A stretch of DNA of 45,688 nt from a bacterium. GTDB taxonomy: Bacteria; Desulfobacterota; DSWW01. Both the position numbers and the translations under genes were made by a program. The first letter of the stretch is position 1, and every line of letters begins with the position of its first letter. Below are positions 9,553-19,546 of this stretch, piece after piece. The DNA lies in contig JBFLZG010000037.1 in the NCBI GenBank assembly GCA_040756235.1, forward strand, positions 1 through 45,688, in the 5' to 3' direction. The notes beneath the pieces are model-generated. The model was not told the origin of the DNA. It did not search any database and saw only the letters and a list, made by a program, of their open reading frames with translations.

Positions 9553-11610
9553 ATGGCCACGAAGAAAGCAGGGAACTCGAAGACGGCTTCCGAACGGAAC
9601 AGCAGCGGCAAGGCGGACGAGGCGGGAGCGGTCCGGCGGGTCCGGTTCACGGATACCACCTTTCGGGACGGGCATCAGTCCACGCTGGCGACCCGTTTGC
9701 GGGGAGACCACATCTTCCCGGTGGCCGAGGAGCTCGACAAGGTCGGCTTCTGGTCGCTCGAGGTCTGGGGAGGCGCAACGTTCGACGTGCCTACCCGGTT
9801 TCTCAACGAGGACCCGTGGGAGAGGCTCAGACGGCTGAAGAGCCTGGTCAAGAAGACCCCGCTCCAGATGCTGCTGCGCGGCCAGAACCTGGTCGGCTAC
9901 CGCCATTACGCGGACGACGTCGTGGAAGCGTTCGTCATGAAGGCGGCCGAGACCGGCGTCGACGTGTTCCGCGTGTTCGATGCCTTGAACGATCTGCGCA
10001 ATTTCGAGACTTCCTACCGCATGATCCGCAAGGCGGGCAAACACGCGCAGGGAGCGATCTGCTACTCGCTGACCGAGCGCAAGATGGGCGGGCCGATCTA
10101 CAATCTCGAGTACTACGTCGACATGGCCAGGCAGCTGGAGGACATGGGCTCGGACTCGATCGTCATCAAGGACATGGCGGGAATCATCGCCCCGTACGAC
10201 GCCTATGAGCTGATCAGCGCGCTGAAGGAAACGGTGAAGATCCCGGTCCATCTGCACACGCACTATACCAGCGGCATGGCATCGATGGCGTACCTCAAGG
10301 CCATTGAGGCCGGTGCGGACGTCGTGGACACGGCGCTGGCGCCCTTCGCGCTGCGCTCCTCCCAGCCGGCCATCGAGCCGATCGTGGTGGCCCTGGAGCG
10401 CACCCGTTACGAGACCGGTCTGGACCTGGATCGGCTGCTCAAGCTGGGGGACTACGTGGAGAGCATCGCTCCGCTCTATGCCGATTTTCTGAACGAGACC
10501 AAGATGGCGGTGATCGATACCGACGTGCTGCGGCACCAGGTGCCCGGAGGCATGCTTTCGAACCTGGTCAGTCAGCTCAAGGAAGCCGACGCGTTGGATC
10601 GGATCGAGGAGGTGTACAAGGAGCTGCCGGTAACGCGACGCGAGCTGGGGTATCCGCCCCTGGTCACGCCCACGAGCCAGATCGTCGGCATCCAGGCGGT
10701 GCAGAACGTGCTCTTCGGGCGCTACAAGATGATCTCGAGCCAGGTGAAGGACTACGCGTACGGCCTGTACGGAAAGCCTCCTGCGCGGATGGACGAGGAG
10801 GTGCGCAAGCTCTGTCTCAAGGGATACGAGCGGGGGGAGAAGCCGATCGAGGGCAGGCCGGCGGACATCCTGGAACCGGAGATGGAGAAGGCCCGGGAGG
10901 CCGTGAAAGGGATCTCCACGAAGGAGGAGGACGTTCTCATTTACGCCCTCTACCCGACCACGGGTCTCCGGTTCCTCAAGTGGAAATACGGGCTGGAAAA
11001 GCCGCCCGAGACCATGAAGCCCAAGACCCTGGAAGACGTCCGCCGGGAGAGGGAGCTTTTGGAGAAGGCCAAGGCAGGCCAGCTCGTCGAGAAACCGGCC
11101 AAGGAGCCCCCGCCCAGGGGCCCCGGGGCGCGCTCCTTCAACGTGTTCGTGGACGGGGAGTACTTCCAGGTGGAAGTGGAGGAGCCGGGGGCCCCGCCCG
11201 CTGCGGCAGCTGCGGCGACCCCGAAGACGGCGGCCCCGCCCGCCGCCGCGCCGCGCCCTCTGGCCGCGCCTGCGCCCGCGGCGGCCCCGCCCAGGCCCGC
11301 TGCCGCCCCTCGGCCGGCGGCTCCGGCCCCTCAGCCGCAGGCCGGTGCGCAGAAAGCGGCGGCGCCCGCCGCTGCGGTCAAGGCCGGCGGGCCCGGCGCG
11401 CTGCGCTCGCCCATGCCCGGGCTCGTCATCAGCTATCACGTGAAAGTGGGCGACCAGGTGAAGAAGGGGGACCCGGTGCTCGTTCTGGAAGCCATGAAGA
11501 TGCAGAACATCCTCTATGCGCCCGTCGGGGGCAAGGTCAAGGAGCTGCCCAGCCCGGTGGGCGCCTCGGTCGCCAAGGAGGCGCTGCTGTGCGTGATCGA
11601 GCCCGGTTGA
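9553..11610 (+). CDS. pycB: Pyruvate/oxaloacetate carboxyltransferase (5S-like) fused to a C-terminal biotin carrier
   Basis: RDGHQS, WGGATFD, KDMAG, HTHYTSG, QVPGGM, Pro/Ala linker, EAMKM biotinylation motif. Confidence 0.9.
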   Translation: MATKKAGNSKTASERNSSGKADEAGAVRRVRFTDTTFRDGHQSTLATRLRGDHIFPVAEELDKVGFWSLEVWGGATFDVPTRFLNEDPWERLRRLKSLVKKTPLQMLLRGQNLVGYRHYADDVVEAFVMKAAETGVDVFRVFDALNDLRNFETSYRMIRKAGKHAQGAICYSLTERKMGGPIYNLEYYVDMARQLEDMGSDSIVIKDMAGIIAPYDAYELISALKETVKIPVHLHTHYTSGMASMAYLKAIEAGADVVDTALAPFALRSSQPAIEPIVVALERTRYETGLDLDRLLKLGDYVESIAPLYADFLNETKMAVIDTDVLRHQVPGGMLSNLVSQLKEADALDRIEEVYKELPVTRRELGYPPLVTPTSQIVGIQAVQNVLFGRYKMISSQVKDYAYGLYGKPPARMDEEVRKLCLKGYERGEKPIEGRPADILEPEMEKAREAVKGISTKEEDVLIYALYPTTGLRFLKWKYGLEKPPETMKPKTLEDVRRERELLEKAKAGQLVEKPAKEPPPRGPGARSFNVFVDGEYFQVEVEEPGAPPAAAAAATPKTAAPPAAAPRPLAAPAPAAAPPRPAAAPRPAAPAPQPQAGAQKAAAPAAAVKAGGPGALRSPMPGLVISYHVKVGDQVKKGDPVLVLEAMKMQNILYAPVGGKVKELPSPVGASVAKEALLCVIEPG

Positions 11611-11612
11611 GG

Positions 11613-11763
11613 GAGGCTGTCGATAAACGGCCATCTGCGGCGTTGCGCTCATACTTCGTCATTGCGGCGTACTGCCATGTACGCCTCATTCCTCGGGATT
11701 TCGCGCGCCTTGCATCTGGCCATTTCTCAACAGCCTCTCCAGAGGGTGTTTTTCTGCAGGCTC
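11613..11763 (+). mobile_element. MITE-like repeat family A, copy 1
   Basis: TIR gaggctgt...acagcctc (11613-11737) plus an extra terminus ending 11763; homologous to 13581, 19317, 21209 copies. Confidence 0.75.
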
Positions 11764-11900
11764 TGGCCGACGGGAGAAGGTCAGGATAAGGGTGCTCTCC
11801 CCCCGTGCACGGGGGAGAGGGAGCTCATATTGGCGGCTGCGATCGCCGCTGGCAGGCAGGTGCTCTCTTCCAACTGTCTCAAGCTTTCAGGAGCCGTGAC

Positions 11901-13577
11901 ATGTTCGACCCAGAGGAGCTCAAACGCATTCAGGAAAAGATGGCTGAATGGGACAAGAAGACCCAGGGCCAGATCGGCAAGTTCCCGGAGCGGAAGAAGG
12001 AGTTTTCCACGATTTCCGGAATTCCGGTCAAGAGGGTGTACGCGCCTCTCGACCTGGAGCCCTCTTCCTACCTGAGCGAGCTCGGGTTCCCCGGCGACTA
12101 TCCTTACACGCGCGGGGTCCAGTCCACGATGTACCGCGGCCGCTTCTGGACCATGCGCCAGTACGCGGGGTTCGCCACCGCCGAGGAGACCAACCGGCGC
12201 TACCGGTATCTGCTGGACAAGGGGCAGACCGGGCTGTCGGTGGCCTTCGACCTGCCGACCCAGATCGGCTACGACTCGGACCATGAAATGGCAGAGGGCG
12301 AAGTGGGCAAGGTGGGAGTGGCCATCGATTCGATCGAGGACATGGCGACCCTGTTCGACGGCATACCCCTCGACAAGGTCACGACCTCGATGACGATCAA
12401 CGCCCCGGCCTCCATCCTGCTCGCCATGTACATCAAGGTGGCGGAGCGGCAGGGGGTGAAGCCGGGCGAGCTCGGCGGCACGATCCAGAACGACATCCTG
12501 AAGGAGTACTCCTCCCGCGGCACCTACATCTTTCCGCCCAAGCCGTCCATGCGCATCATCACCGACATCTTCGGCTTCTGCACCAAGCAGACGCCGAAGT
12601 GGAACATGATCTCCATCAGCGGCTACCACATGCGCGAGGCGGGGTGTACGGCGGTGCAGGAGGTGGCGTTCACCCTGGCCAACGCCATCGCCTACGTAAA
12701 GGCCGCCATCGATGCGGGACTCGACGTGGACGAGTTTGCCGGCCGCCTCTCCTTCTTCTTCAATTCCCACCTCGATTTCCTGGAGGAGGTCGCCAAATTC
12801 CGCGCTGCCCGCCGCATGTGGGCCCGGATCATGAAAGAGCGATTCGGCGCCAAGAAGCCCGGCTCCTGGACCCTGCGCTTCCACACGCAGACGGCCGGAG
12901 TCAGCCTGACGGCCCAGCAGCCGGAAAACAATATCGTGCGCACCGCCATGGAGTGCATGGCCGCGGTCCTGGGCGGTACGAACTCGCTGCACACGAACTC
13001 CTTTGACGAGGCCCTGGCGCTGCCGAGCGAGAAGTCGGTGCAGATCGCCCTGAGGACCCAGCAGATCGTGGCCCACGAGTCGGGCATCTGCGAGACCGTG
13101 GACCCCCTGGCCGGCTCCTATTACGTGGAGTGGCTGACGAGCGAAATCGAGAGGAGGGCCGCGGACTACATCGAGAAGATCGACCGCATGGGGGGATCTC
13201 CATCGGCCATCGAGCAGGGTTACATTCAGAAGGAGATCCAGGAGAGCGCCTACCGCTACCAGAAGGAGATCGAGCGCAAGGAGCGGATCATCGTGGGCCT
13301 CAATCAGTTCCAGATTCGCGAGGACAAGCCCAAGGACCTGCTCCGGGTGGACCCCCAGGTGAGGCAGCACCAGATCGAGAAGATCCGCGAGCTCAAGGCG
13401 GCCCGGGACGGGGGCGCCGTGAGCCAGGCCCTGGCCAAGCTGAGAAAGGCGGCCGCGGGAACCGACAATCTCATGCCTCCGATTCTGGAGGCCGTGGGAA
13501 CAAAGTCCACGCTGGGAGAGATCTGCGATACCCTCAGGGGCGTCTTCGGGGAATACCAGGCCCATCAGACGATCTGA
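11901..13577 (+). CDS. mcmA: Methylmalonyl-CoA mutase, substrate-binding (large) subunit
   Basis: [52 protein letters not shown]; no B12 domain. Confidence 0.93.
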   Translation: MFDPEELKRIQEKMAEWDKKTQGQIGKFPERKKEFSTISGIPVKRVYAPLDLEPSSYLSELGFPGDYPYTRGVQSTMYRGRFWTMRQYAGFATAEETNRRYRYLLDKGQTGLSVAFDLPTQIGYDSDHEMAEGEVGKVGVAIDSIEDMATLFDGIPLDKVTTSMTINAPASILLAMYIKVAERQGVKPGELGGTIQNDILKEYSSRGTYIFPPKPSMRIITDIFGFCTKQTPKWNMISISGYHMREAGCTAVQEVAFTLANAIAYVKAAIDAGLDVDEFAGRLSFFFNSHLDFLEEVAKFRAARRMWARIMKERFGAKKPGSWTLRFHTQTAGVSLTAQQPENNIVRTAMECMAAVLGGTNSLHTNSFDEALALPSEKSVQIALRTQQIVAHESGICETVDPLAGSYYVEWLTSEIERRAADYIEKIDRMGGSPSAIEQGYIQKEIQESAYRYQKEIERKERIIVGLNQFQIREDKPKDLLRVDPQVRQHQIEKIRELKAARDGGAVSQALAKLRKAAAGTDNLMPPILEAVGTKSTLGEICDTLRGVFGEYQAHQTI

Positions 13578-13580
13578 CGA

Positions 13581-13766
13581 GAGCCTGTTCCAACCGGGTC
13601 AATTTCAGAGGCTGGTCCAGAATGCCCAGATGCAAGGCAGGCGAAGTCCCTGAGGAATGAGGCGTACATGGAAGTACGCCGCAATGACCCCGGCCTTCGC
13701 CGGGGCAGGCTCCCCGCCCCCATGCACCGAGCCGAACGCAGCAGATGGGCGTTTGGGGACAGCCTC
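13581..13766 (-). mobile_element. MITE-like repeat family A, copy 2 (inverted, with inserted hairpin module)
   Basis: Reverse-complement homology to 11613-11737 with ccccggccttcgccggggcaggctcccc inserted. Confidence 0.7.
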
Positions 13767-13782
13767 TAAGGAGAGCACGGAG

Positions 13783-14187
13783 ATGATGGCACAAAGAAAG
13801 ATTCGCGTTCTGGTTGCGAAACCGGGTCTGGACGGGCATGATCGGGGCGCCAAAGTGGTGGCCCGCGCTCTCATGGACGCGGGCATGGAGGTCATCTACA
13901 TCGGCCTGCGCCAGACGCCCAAGCAGATCGTGAGCGCGGCCCTGCAGGAGAACGTGGACGTCATCGGCCTGAGCATCCTCTCCGGTGCCCACGACTCGCT
14001 TTTTCCCAAGATCATGGCGCTCCTCAAGGACAACAAGATGGAGGAAGTGCTGGTCGTCGCCGGCGGCATCATCCCGGACGAGGACGTCCCGGAGCTCAAG
14101 AGGCTCGGCATCGGCGGGGTCTTCGGCCCGGGCGCGGACACGAACGACATCGTCAAGTTCATCCAGGAAAAGGTCAGGGTCCAATAG
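13783..14187 (+). CDS. mcmB: Methylmalonyl-CoA mutase cobalamin-binding (small) subunit
   Basis: [10 protein letters not shown] (DxHxxG), [18 protein letters not shown]. Confidence 0.93.
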   Translation: MMAQRKIRVLVAKPGLDGHDRGAKVVARALMDAGMEVIYIGLRQTPKQIVSAALQENVDVIGLSILSGAHDSLFPKIMALLKDNKMEEVLVVAGGIIPDEDVPELKRLGIGGVFGPGADTNDIVKFIQEKVRVQ

Positions 14188-14226
14188 CCACCTCAAGGAC
14201 CGTAGTCACATGGAGGGACGGAGAGC

Positions 14227-14628
14227 ATGAAGATTCTCGGGATCGACCATGTGGGAGTCGCGGTAAAGAACCTGGAAGCGGCCAAGAAGCTCTATCAGGC
14301 TTTGGGGATCGAGGTGTCCGAGGTCGAGGAGGTGGCGGAGCAGAAAGTGAAGGTCGCGTTCCTTCCCCTGGAAGGAAGCGAGATCGAGCTTCTCGAGACC
14401 ACGGACCCGGAGGGTCCCATCGGCAAGTTCATCGAGAAGCGGGGGGAGGGCATCCAGCACATCGCCCTGCGCGTCGACGATATCGAAAAGGCGCTGGAAG
14501 AGCTCAAGGCCAAGGGGGTTCCGCTCATCGACCAGAAGCCTCGATACGGGGCCGGGGGAGCGCGCATCGCTTTCCTTCATCCCAAGGGCACCTTCGGTGT
14601 CCTGCTCGAGCTGAGCGAGAGGAAGTAG
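14227..14628 (+). CDS. mce: Methylmalonyl-CoA epimerase
   Basis: [36 protein letters not shown]; follows the mutase genes. Confidence 0.93.
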   Translation: MKILGIDHVGVAVKNLEAAKKLYQALGIEVSEVEEVAEQKVKVAFLPLEGSEIELLETTDPEGPIGKFIEKRGEGIQHIALRVDDIEKALEELKAKGVPLIDQKPRYGAGGARIAFLHPKGTFGVLLELSERK

Positions 14629-14673
14629 CGTGGCGCGGCAGTCTCCGTCATTCCGGCCAAGGCTGCCAGAGGG

Positions 14674-15085
14674 CTGTGGGCACCCCGGTAGGGTGGACAA
14701 AGCCGCAGGCGAGTCCACCAAGACCGGAAGAACGCCCCCGGCAGCAGGATTGAGCGCAGTGGGTGACGCGCCTCGATCGTCTCGGGCTCAGAACGCTCCG
14801 GCCCCTTCTCCTGCCAAGGGTCGGAGACCACAGGCCTGCGGCCGGGTCCCCCTTTTCGTCCTTCGTCCCGGGCCGGGTGTATCGGGGTACACCAGCCTGG
14901 CGGACACGGTATTCGAGAAACAGCGCTGCGTTCCACCGGCCTTCGGGACTCGGGACGGCCTCCGCGACTCGCCCTCGCTGGGCAAGGGGGCGGGGAGCCT
15001 GCCCCGGCGAAGGCCGGGGGCGGAACACCCACCGCACTCCTGTGGGCACCCTGGTAGGGTGGACAAAGCCGCCGGCGTGTCCACC
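14674..15085. repeat. Composite repeat: two 46-bp direct repeats with GTAG REPs flanking family B element (14752-15039)
   Basis: ctgtgggcacc..ggtagggtggacaaagccgc.ggcg.gtccacc at 14674 and 15040; interior homologous to 32004-32283. Confidence 0.75.
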
Positions 15086-15156
15086 GGCCGCAGACACCCG
15101 CGAGCCGGGCTCCAGAGGTCTTGATGGGAGTCCTCCGGTGCGAAAGGCAGAGAATC

Positions 15157-15996
15157 ATGCGTGAGATTCAGGCCGAGCAGATCACCCGCACCGTGCGGGA
15201 CCTCTGCATCGACGCGAACTACCGGCTGGGCGGCGACGTCCTGGAGGCGATCCGGGAAGCCCGGGCGAACGAAGAGTCGCCTCAGGCCCGGGGCGTGCTC
15301 GGCGAGCTCGAAGAGAACGCGCAGATCGCCGCCCGGGGGGTGTTCCCCCTGTGCCAGGATACCGGCTTCGCGGTCGTGTTCGTGGAGCTGGGGCAGGAAG
15401 TGAACGTGGTCGGGGGCTCCCTGGGGGAGGCGGTTCAGGAAGGCGTGCGTCAGGGCTACCGGGACGGGTACCTCCGCAAGTCCATCTGCGATCCCTTCAC
15501 TCGGAGGAACACGGGGGACAACACGCCGGCCGTCGTCCACCTCGAGCTGGTGGCCGGGGCCAAGGTCCGGATCGTCGTGGCGCCCAAGGGCGGGGGGAGC
15601 GAGAACATGAGCCGGGTCACGATGCTGACTCCGGCGGAGGGGTGGGAGGGGGTCAAGCGCTTCGTGGTCCAGCGAGTGCGGGAGGCGGGGCCCAACCCGT
15701 GCCCTCCGATCGTCGTGGGCGTCGGGGTGGGCGGCACCTTCGAGAAGGCCGCGCTCATCGCCAAGAAAGCGCTTCTGCGCCCCGTCGGGAAGCCTCACGC
15801 CGACCCGGGCATAGCGGAGAAGGAACAGGAGCTCCTGCGGGAAATCCAGGCCACCGGGATCGGCCCGGCCGGTTACGGAGGCGGGCACACGGCGCTGGCC
15901 GTGCAGATGGAGGTCTTCCCTTGCCACATCGCCAGCCTGCCTGTGGCGGTGAACATCAACTGTCATTCCGCACGGCACAAGGAAGCCACCCTTTAG
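15157..15996 (+). CDS. Class I (Fe-S) fumarate hydratase, alpha subunit
   Basis: PLCQDTG, RRNTGDNTP, PKGGGSEN, NPCPP, HIASLPVAVNINCHSAR. Confidence 0.92.
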   Translation: MREIQAEQITRTVRDLCIDANYRLGGDVLEAIREARANEESPQARGVLGELEENAQIAARGVFPLCQDTGFAVVFVELGQEVNVVGGSLGEAVQEGVRQGYRDGYLRKSICDPFTRRNTGDNTPAVVHLELVAGAKVRIVVAPKGGGSENMSRVTMLTPAEGWEGVKRFVVQRVREAGPNPCPPIVVGVGVGGTFEKAALIAKKALLRPVGKPHADPGIAEKEQELLREIQATGIGPAGYGGGHTALAVQMEVFPCHIASLPVAVNINCHSARHKEATL

Positions 15997-16034
15997 GGGC
16001 CGATTCGGAAACCGCTTGAGGGACGGAGAACGGC

Positions 16035-16610
16035 ATGAGAGAGAGCGGTACGGTCAGGCTTACGACGCCGCTTCGAAAAGAAGACGCAGTCTCCCTCAGG
16101 GCCGGAGACCGCGTGGTTCTGAGCGGGGTCCTGTACACGGCTCGGGACACGGCGCACAAGCGCCTGGTCGAGATGCTCGAGCGGGGGGAACCGCTGCCCA
16201 TGGACCTGGAGGGCCAGGTGATCTATTTCGCGGGCCCTTCGCCCACGCGGCCGGGCGAGGCCACGGGATCGATCGGCCCTACCACGAGCTACCGGATGGA
16301 TCCGTATTCGCCCAGGCTCATCGCAGCGGGGCTGCGGGGCATGATCGGCAAGGGAAGCCGGTCCAAGGCCGTGCGTGAGGCTCTGCAGAAGTTCGGAGCC
16401 GTTTATTTGGGTGCGACGGGCGGGGCCGGGGCGCTCCTGGCCCGCGCCGTGAGGAAGGTGGAGGTGATCGCTTTCGAGGATCTGGGTCCCGAAGCGGTGC
16501 GCCGCCTCGAGGTCGCGGAGTTTCCTGCGGTCGTGATCAACGATGCCCACGGGGGGGACCTTTACGAGCAAGGCCAGGGCCTGTTCCGCCGAGCAGGCAG
16601 CGGTGCGTGA
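16035..16610 (+). CDS. Class I fumarate hydratase, beta subunit
   Basis: TARDTAHKR, GPTTSYRMDP, MIGKG, GGAGALLA, DAHGGDL. Confidence 0.92.
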   Translation: MRESGTVRLTTPLRKEDAVSLRAGDRVVLSGVLYTARDTAHKRLVEMLERGEPLPMDLEGQVIYFAGPSPTRPGEATGSIGPTTSYRMDPYSPRLIAAGLRGMIGKGSRSKAVREALQKFGAVYLGATGGAGALLARAVRKVEVIAFEDLGPEAVRRLEVAEFPAVVINDAHGGDLYEQGQGLFRRAGSGA

Positions 16611-16639
16611 GGCGGGCCGCTGCTCCAGACGAGGGGGAG

Positions 16640-16737
16640 ATTGCGAGGCCCTGCGAAGCAACCTCCTGGACGAACAGGCCGGCCCGCCAAAGCGTGTTTC
16701 CGGGGGTTGCTTCGATCGCTGAAGGCTCTCTCGCAAT
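16640..16737. repeat. Palindromic attgcgag...ctcgcaat repeat (family C)
   Basis: attgcgagg...gcaacctcc...ggggttgcttcg...ctcgcaat; related sequences near 20309 and 42986. Confidence 0.6.
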
Positions 16738-16819
16738 ATCCGTAGTTTTATGCGACGGCGTCCGGCCTGGCGGATGTAAGCAGTGGCAAACAGTAACTGG
16801 CATGGGAGGGTAACGGGCG

Positions 16820-17185
16820 ATGATGTACAAATGGCGCACCGGAGCGATCGCGTGGCTCCTGCATCGGTTGAGCGGGCTGGCCCTGGCTGCCTATCTGCCG
16901 ATGCACATCTGGGTGAACCATCATCTGGCGCAGGGGCCGGAGAGCTACAACCGGACGATGAGCGTGCTGGCGTCTCCCTTGTTTCGCACGCTGGAGATCG
17001 GTCTATGGGCCGCGATCCTGTACCACGCCCTGAACGGTCTGCGCGTCGTGGCGATCGATCTGGGTCCCGGAGTCGGGCTGAAGGCGCAGAAGATCCTGTT
17101 CTATGCGGTGGTGGTTCTGGTCTTCATTTTCTGGGTGTGGGGGAGCGTGGGGCTTCTCGGGCCCGTTTTCGAAAGGGGGGCATGA
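16820..17185 (+). CDS. sdhC: Succinate dehydrogenase cytochrome b subunit C
   Basis: WLLHRLSG, YHALNGLR, three TM helices, upstream of sdhA. Confidence 0.9.
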   Translation: MMYKWRTGAIAWLLHRLSGLALAAYLPMHIWVNHHLAQGPESYNRTMSVLASPLFRTLEIGLWAAILYHALNGLRVVAIDLGPGVGLKAQKILFYAVVVLVFIFWVWGSVGLLGPVFERGA

Positions 17186-17188
17186 GAG

Positions 17189-17560
17189 ATGATCGGGTTA
17201 TCCGGTTCGAGCCGTACGGGGTCCCAGGCGTGGCTCTGGCAGCGGGTGAGCGGCGTGGCCCTGGTGGTGCTGCTGATCGGCCATTTCCTGCTCAAGCATT
17301 TTGCTCTCGAGGAGCCCGGGGCCGGGCAGATTACCTATTCGGCGGTGGTCCGGCAGCTGTCGAGCTTCTGGTGGGTGGTCTTCGAGCTGTCGCTCCTGGT
17401 GGCAGCCCTCTGGCACGGTTTCAACGGGGTGTGGATGGTGGCGGCCGACTACGTGCACAAGCCGCTGCTGCGGACGGTCATCTACACGGGCCTCTGGGCA
17501 GCGGGCGCGTTCCTGCTCCTTGCGGGAATGATCACGCTCATCCCGTTCAGCCACGCGTGA
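17189..17560 (+). CDS. sdhD: Succinate dehydrogenase membrane anchor subunit D
   Basis: WLWQRVSG, WHGFNG, ADYV; three TM helices. Confidence 0.9.
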   Translation: MIGLSGSSRTGSQAWLWQRVSGVALVVLLIGHFLLKHFALEEPGAGQITYSAVVRQLSSFWWVVFELSLLVAALWHGFNGVWMVAADYVHKPLLRTVIYTGLWAAGAFLLLAGMITLIPFSHA

Positions 17561-17576
17561 ACAGAGGTGAATGCTC

Positions 17577-19313
17577 ATGGAACTGCACAGACACGAGGTG
17601 TTGATCGTTGGCGCCGGGATCGCCGGGCTCTCGGCGGCTCTGGAGACGAGCGGGGCCGCGGACACGGCGGTCCTGAGCAAGATTTTTCCGACTCGTTCTC
17701 ACTCCACTGCGGCGCAAGGGGGTACGGCGGCGGCCCTGGGGAACATGGAGGAGGACCACTGGGAATGGCACTGGTATGACACGGTCAAGGGGAGTGATTT
17801 TCTCGGAGACCAGGACGCCCAGGAGGTCCTGTGCCGGGAAGCGCCGGAAGTGATCTACGCGCTGGATCACCTCGGGGTCCCCTGGAGCCGCACCGAAGCC
17901 GGGCGGATCATGCAGCGGCCGTTCGGGGGTCATTACAGCCAGTACGGAAAGGGGCCACCGGTCAGGCGCAGCTGCATGGTGGCGGACCGCAACGGGCACG
18001 CGATCCTGCACTGCCTGTACGAGCAGTGCGTGAAGAACCGCGTGCGGTTCTACTCGGAGTATCTGGTGGTGACGCTCATCGTGCGCGAGAACCGGTGCCA
18101 CGGCCTGATTGCCTGGGACGTCATGCGCGGAGGACTTCACGCATTCGAGGCCAAAGTCGTGATGTTCGCCACGGGCGGATACGCCAGCGCCTGGCAGGTC
18201 AACACGAACTGCCTGGCCAACACGGGAGACGGGCTTTCGCTGGTGCTCGAGACCGGGCTCCCGCTGGAGGACATGGAGTTCGTGCAGTTCCACCCGACCG
18301 GGATCTTCCCCTCCGGGATCCTGGTGACCGAGGGGGCGCGAGGAGAGGGCGGGTACCTGTTCAACGATCGCGGCGAGCGCTTCATGGAGAAGTACGCGCC
18401 GAGCAAGATGGAGGTGGGTCCGAGGGACATCGTCTCCAGGGCCGAGCAGACCGAGATCGACGAGGGGCGCGGGATCGGAGGCAAGGGGTACGTGCATCTG
18501 GATCTTCGGCACCTGGGACGGGAGCTGATCCACGAGAAGCTTCCGCAGATCCACGAGATGGGCGTGAAGTTCGCCGGCATCGACTGCGTGGAGGCGCCCC
18601 TTCCGATCCTGCCGACGGCGCACTATGCGATGGGCGGAATCCCGACCAACGTGGACGGGGAGGTGCTCGGGGACGAGAAGAACCGGGTGGTGGAAGGGTT
18701 CTTCGCGGCCGGGGAATGCGCGTGCGTATCGGTGCATGGGGCGAACCGGCTGGGAACGAACTCGACTCTGGAATGCGCCGTGTTCGGCCGTCGGACCGGG
18801 CGGAAGATTCGGGAGTACGTGTCCAGAGGGGGCGCTTACCTCGGTGTCCCGAACGAGGAGCAGGATCGGGCCTCGCAGAAGGTCGCCCGCGTCCTGGAGG
18901 CGCAGGGTCCGGAACGGGTGGCGCGCCTGAGGGCCGAGCTCAAGGAGTCGATGACGCGCAACATGGGCGTGTTCCGGAACGAACAGGGGATGACGGAGCA
19001 GGTGAAGAAGATCCGCGAGCTGAAGGATCGGTACCGGCAGATCGGAATCGCGGATCGTCAGGGGGTCTTCAACACCGAGCTGGGCGAGGCCCTCGAGCTG
19101 GGGCACGCGCTGGATTTCTGCGAGGTCATCGCGGTGGGCGGGCTGGCGCGGCAGGAAAGCCGCGGTGCTCACTCGCGCAAGGACTACCCGAAGCGGGACG
19201 ACGTGAGCTGGCTCAAGCACACGCTGGCGTGGCGGACGCCGGAAGGCGGGGTGCGGCTGGGGTACAAGCCGGTGGCGATTACGCGGTTTCAGCCCGAGGA
19301 GCGGAAGTACTGA
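17577..19313 (+). CDS. sdhA: Succinate dehydrogenase/fumarate reductase flavoprotein
   Basis: GAGIAG, RSHSTAAQGG covalent-FAD His, QFHPTG, HYAMGG, HGANRLG, ESRGAH. Confidence 0.95.
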   Translation: MELHRHEVLIVGAGIAGLSAALETSGAADTAVLSKIFPTRSHSTAAQGGTAAALGNMEEDHWEWHWYDTVKGSDFLGDQDAQEVLCREAPEVIYALDHLGVPWSRTEAGRIMQRPFGGHYSQYGKGPPVRRSCMVADRNGHAILHCLYEQCVKNRVRFYSEYLVVTLIVRENRCHGLIAWDVMRGGLHAFEAKVVMFATGGYASAWQVNTNCLANTGDGLSLVLETGLPLEDMEFVQFHPTGIFPSGILVTEGARGEGGYLFNDRGERFMEKYAPSKMEVGPRDIVSRAEQTEIDEGRGIGGKGYVHLDLRHLGRELIHEKLPQIHEMGVKFAGIDCVEAPLPILPTAHYAMGGIPTNVDGEVLGDEKNRVVEGFFAAGECACVSVHGANRLGTNSTLECAVFGRRTGRKIREYVSRGGAYLGVPNEEQDRASQKVARVLEAQGPERVARLRAELKESMTRNMGVFRNEQGMTEQVKKIRELKDRYRQIGIADRQGVFNTELGEALELGHALDFCEVIAVGGLARQESRGAHSRKDYPKRDDVSWLKHTLAWRTPEGGVRLGYKPVAITRFQPEERKY

Positions 19314-19316
19314 GCA

Positions 19317-19501
19317 GAGGCTGTCGATAAGCGGTCATCTGCGGCGCTGCGCTCATGGGGCAAGGAGGCGAGGGGAGCCAGCCCCGGCGCAGGCCGGGAT
19401 CCCCTGTGATCCCTGACCACGCCTCATTCCTCGGGATTTCGTGCGCCTTGCATCTGGACATTTCTGAACAGCCTCCAGGAGCCGGATTCTTGGACAGGCT
19501 C
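19317..19501 (+). mobile_element. MITE-like repeat family A, copy 3 (between sdhA and sdhB)
   Basis: gaggctgtcgataa...acagcctc (19317-19475), extra acaggctc ending 19501; internal hairpin insertion. Confidence 0.72.
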
Positions 19502-19546
19502 CTGGAAGCACACCCTTCCTCAGGGATTTTGCAGGGGGAGAGCAAG

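Noticed and set aside
11185..11400. Low-complexity GC-rich stretch
   Set aside because: Encodes the ordinary Pro/Ala linker before the biotin carrier domain.
11740..11900. Possible cobalamin riboswitch upstream of the mutase
   Set aside because: No recognisable B12-box or conserved core could be identified by eye; an Rfam scan would be needed.
13657..13782. N-terminal extensions of the mutase small subunit, SdhB (19355) and mutase large subunit (11805) in the ORF track
   Set aside because: The small-subunit and SdhB extensions translate family A repeat sequence, and the large-subunit extension is intergenic DNA. RBS-backed downstream ATGs match the family N-termini.
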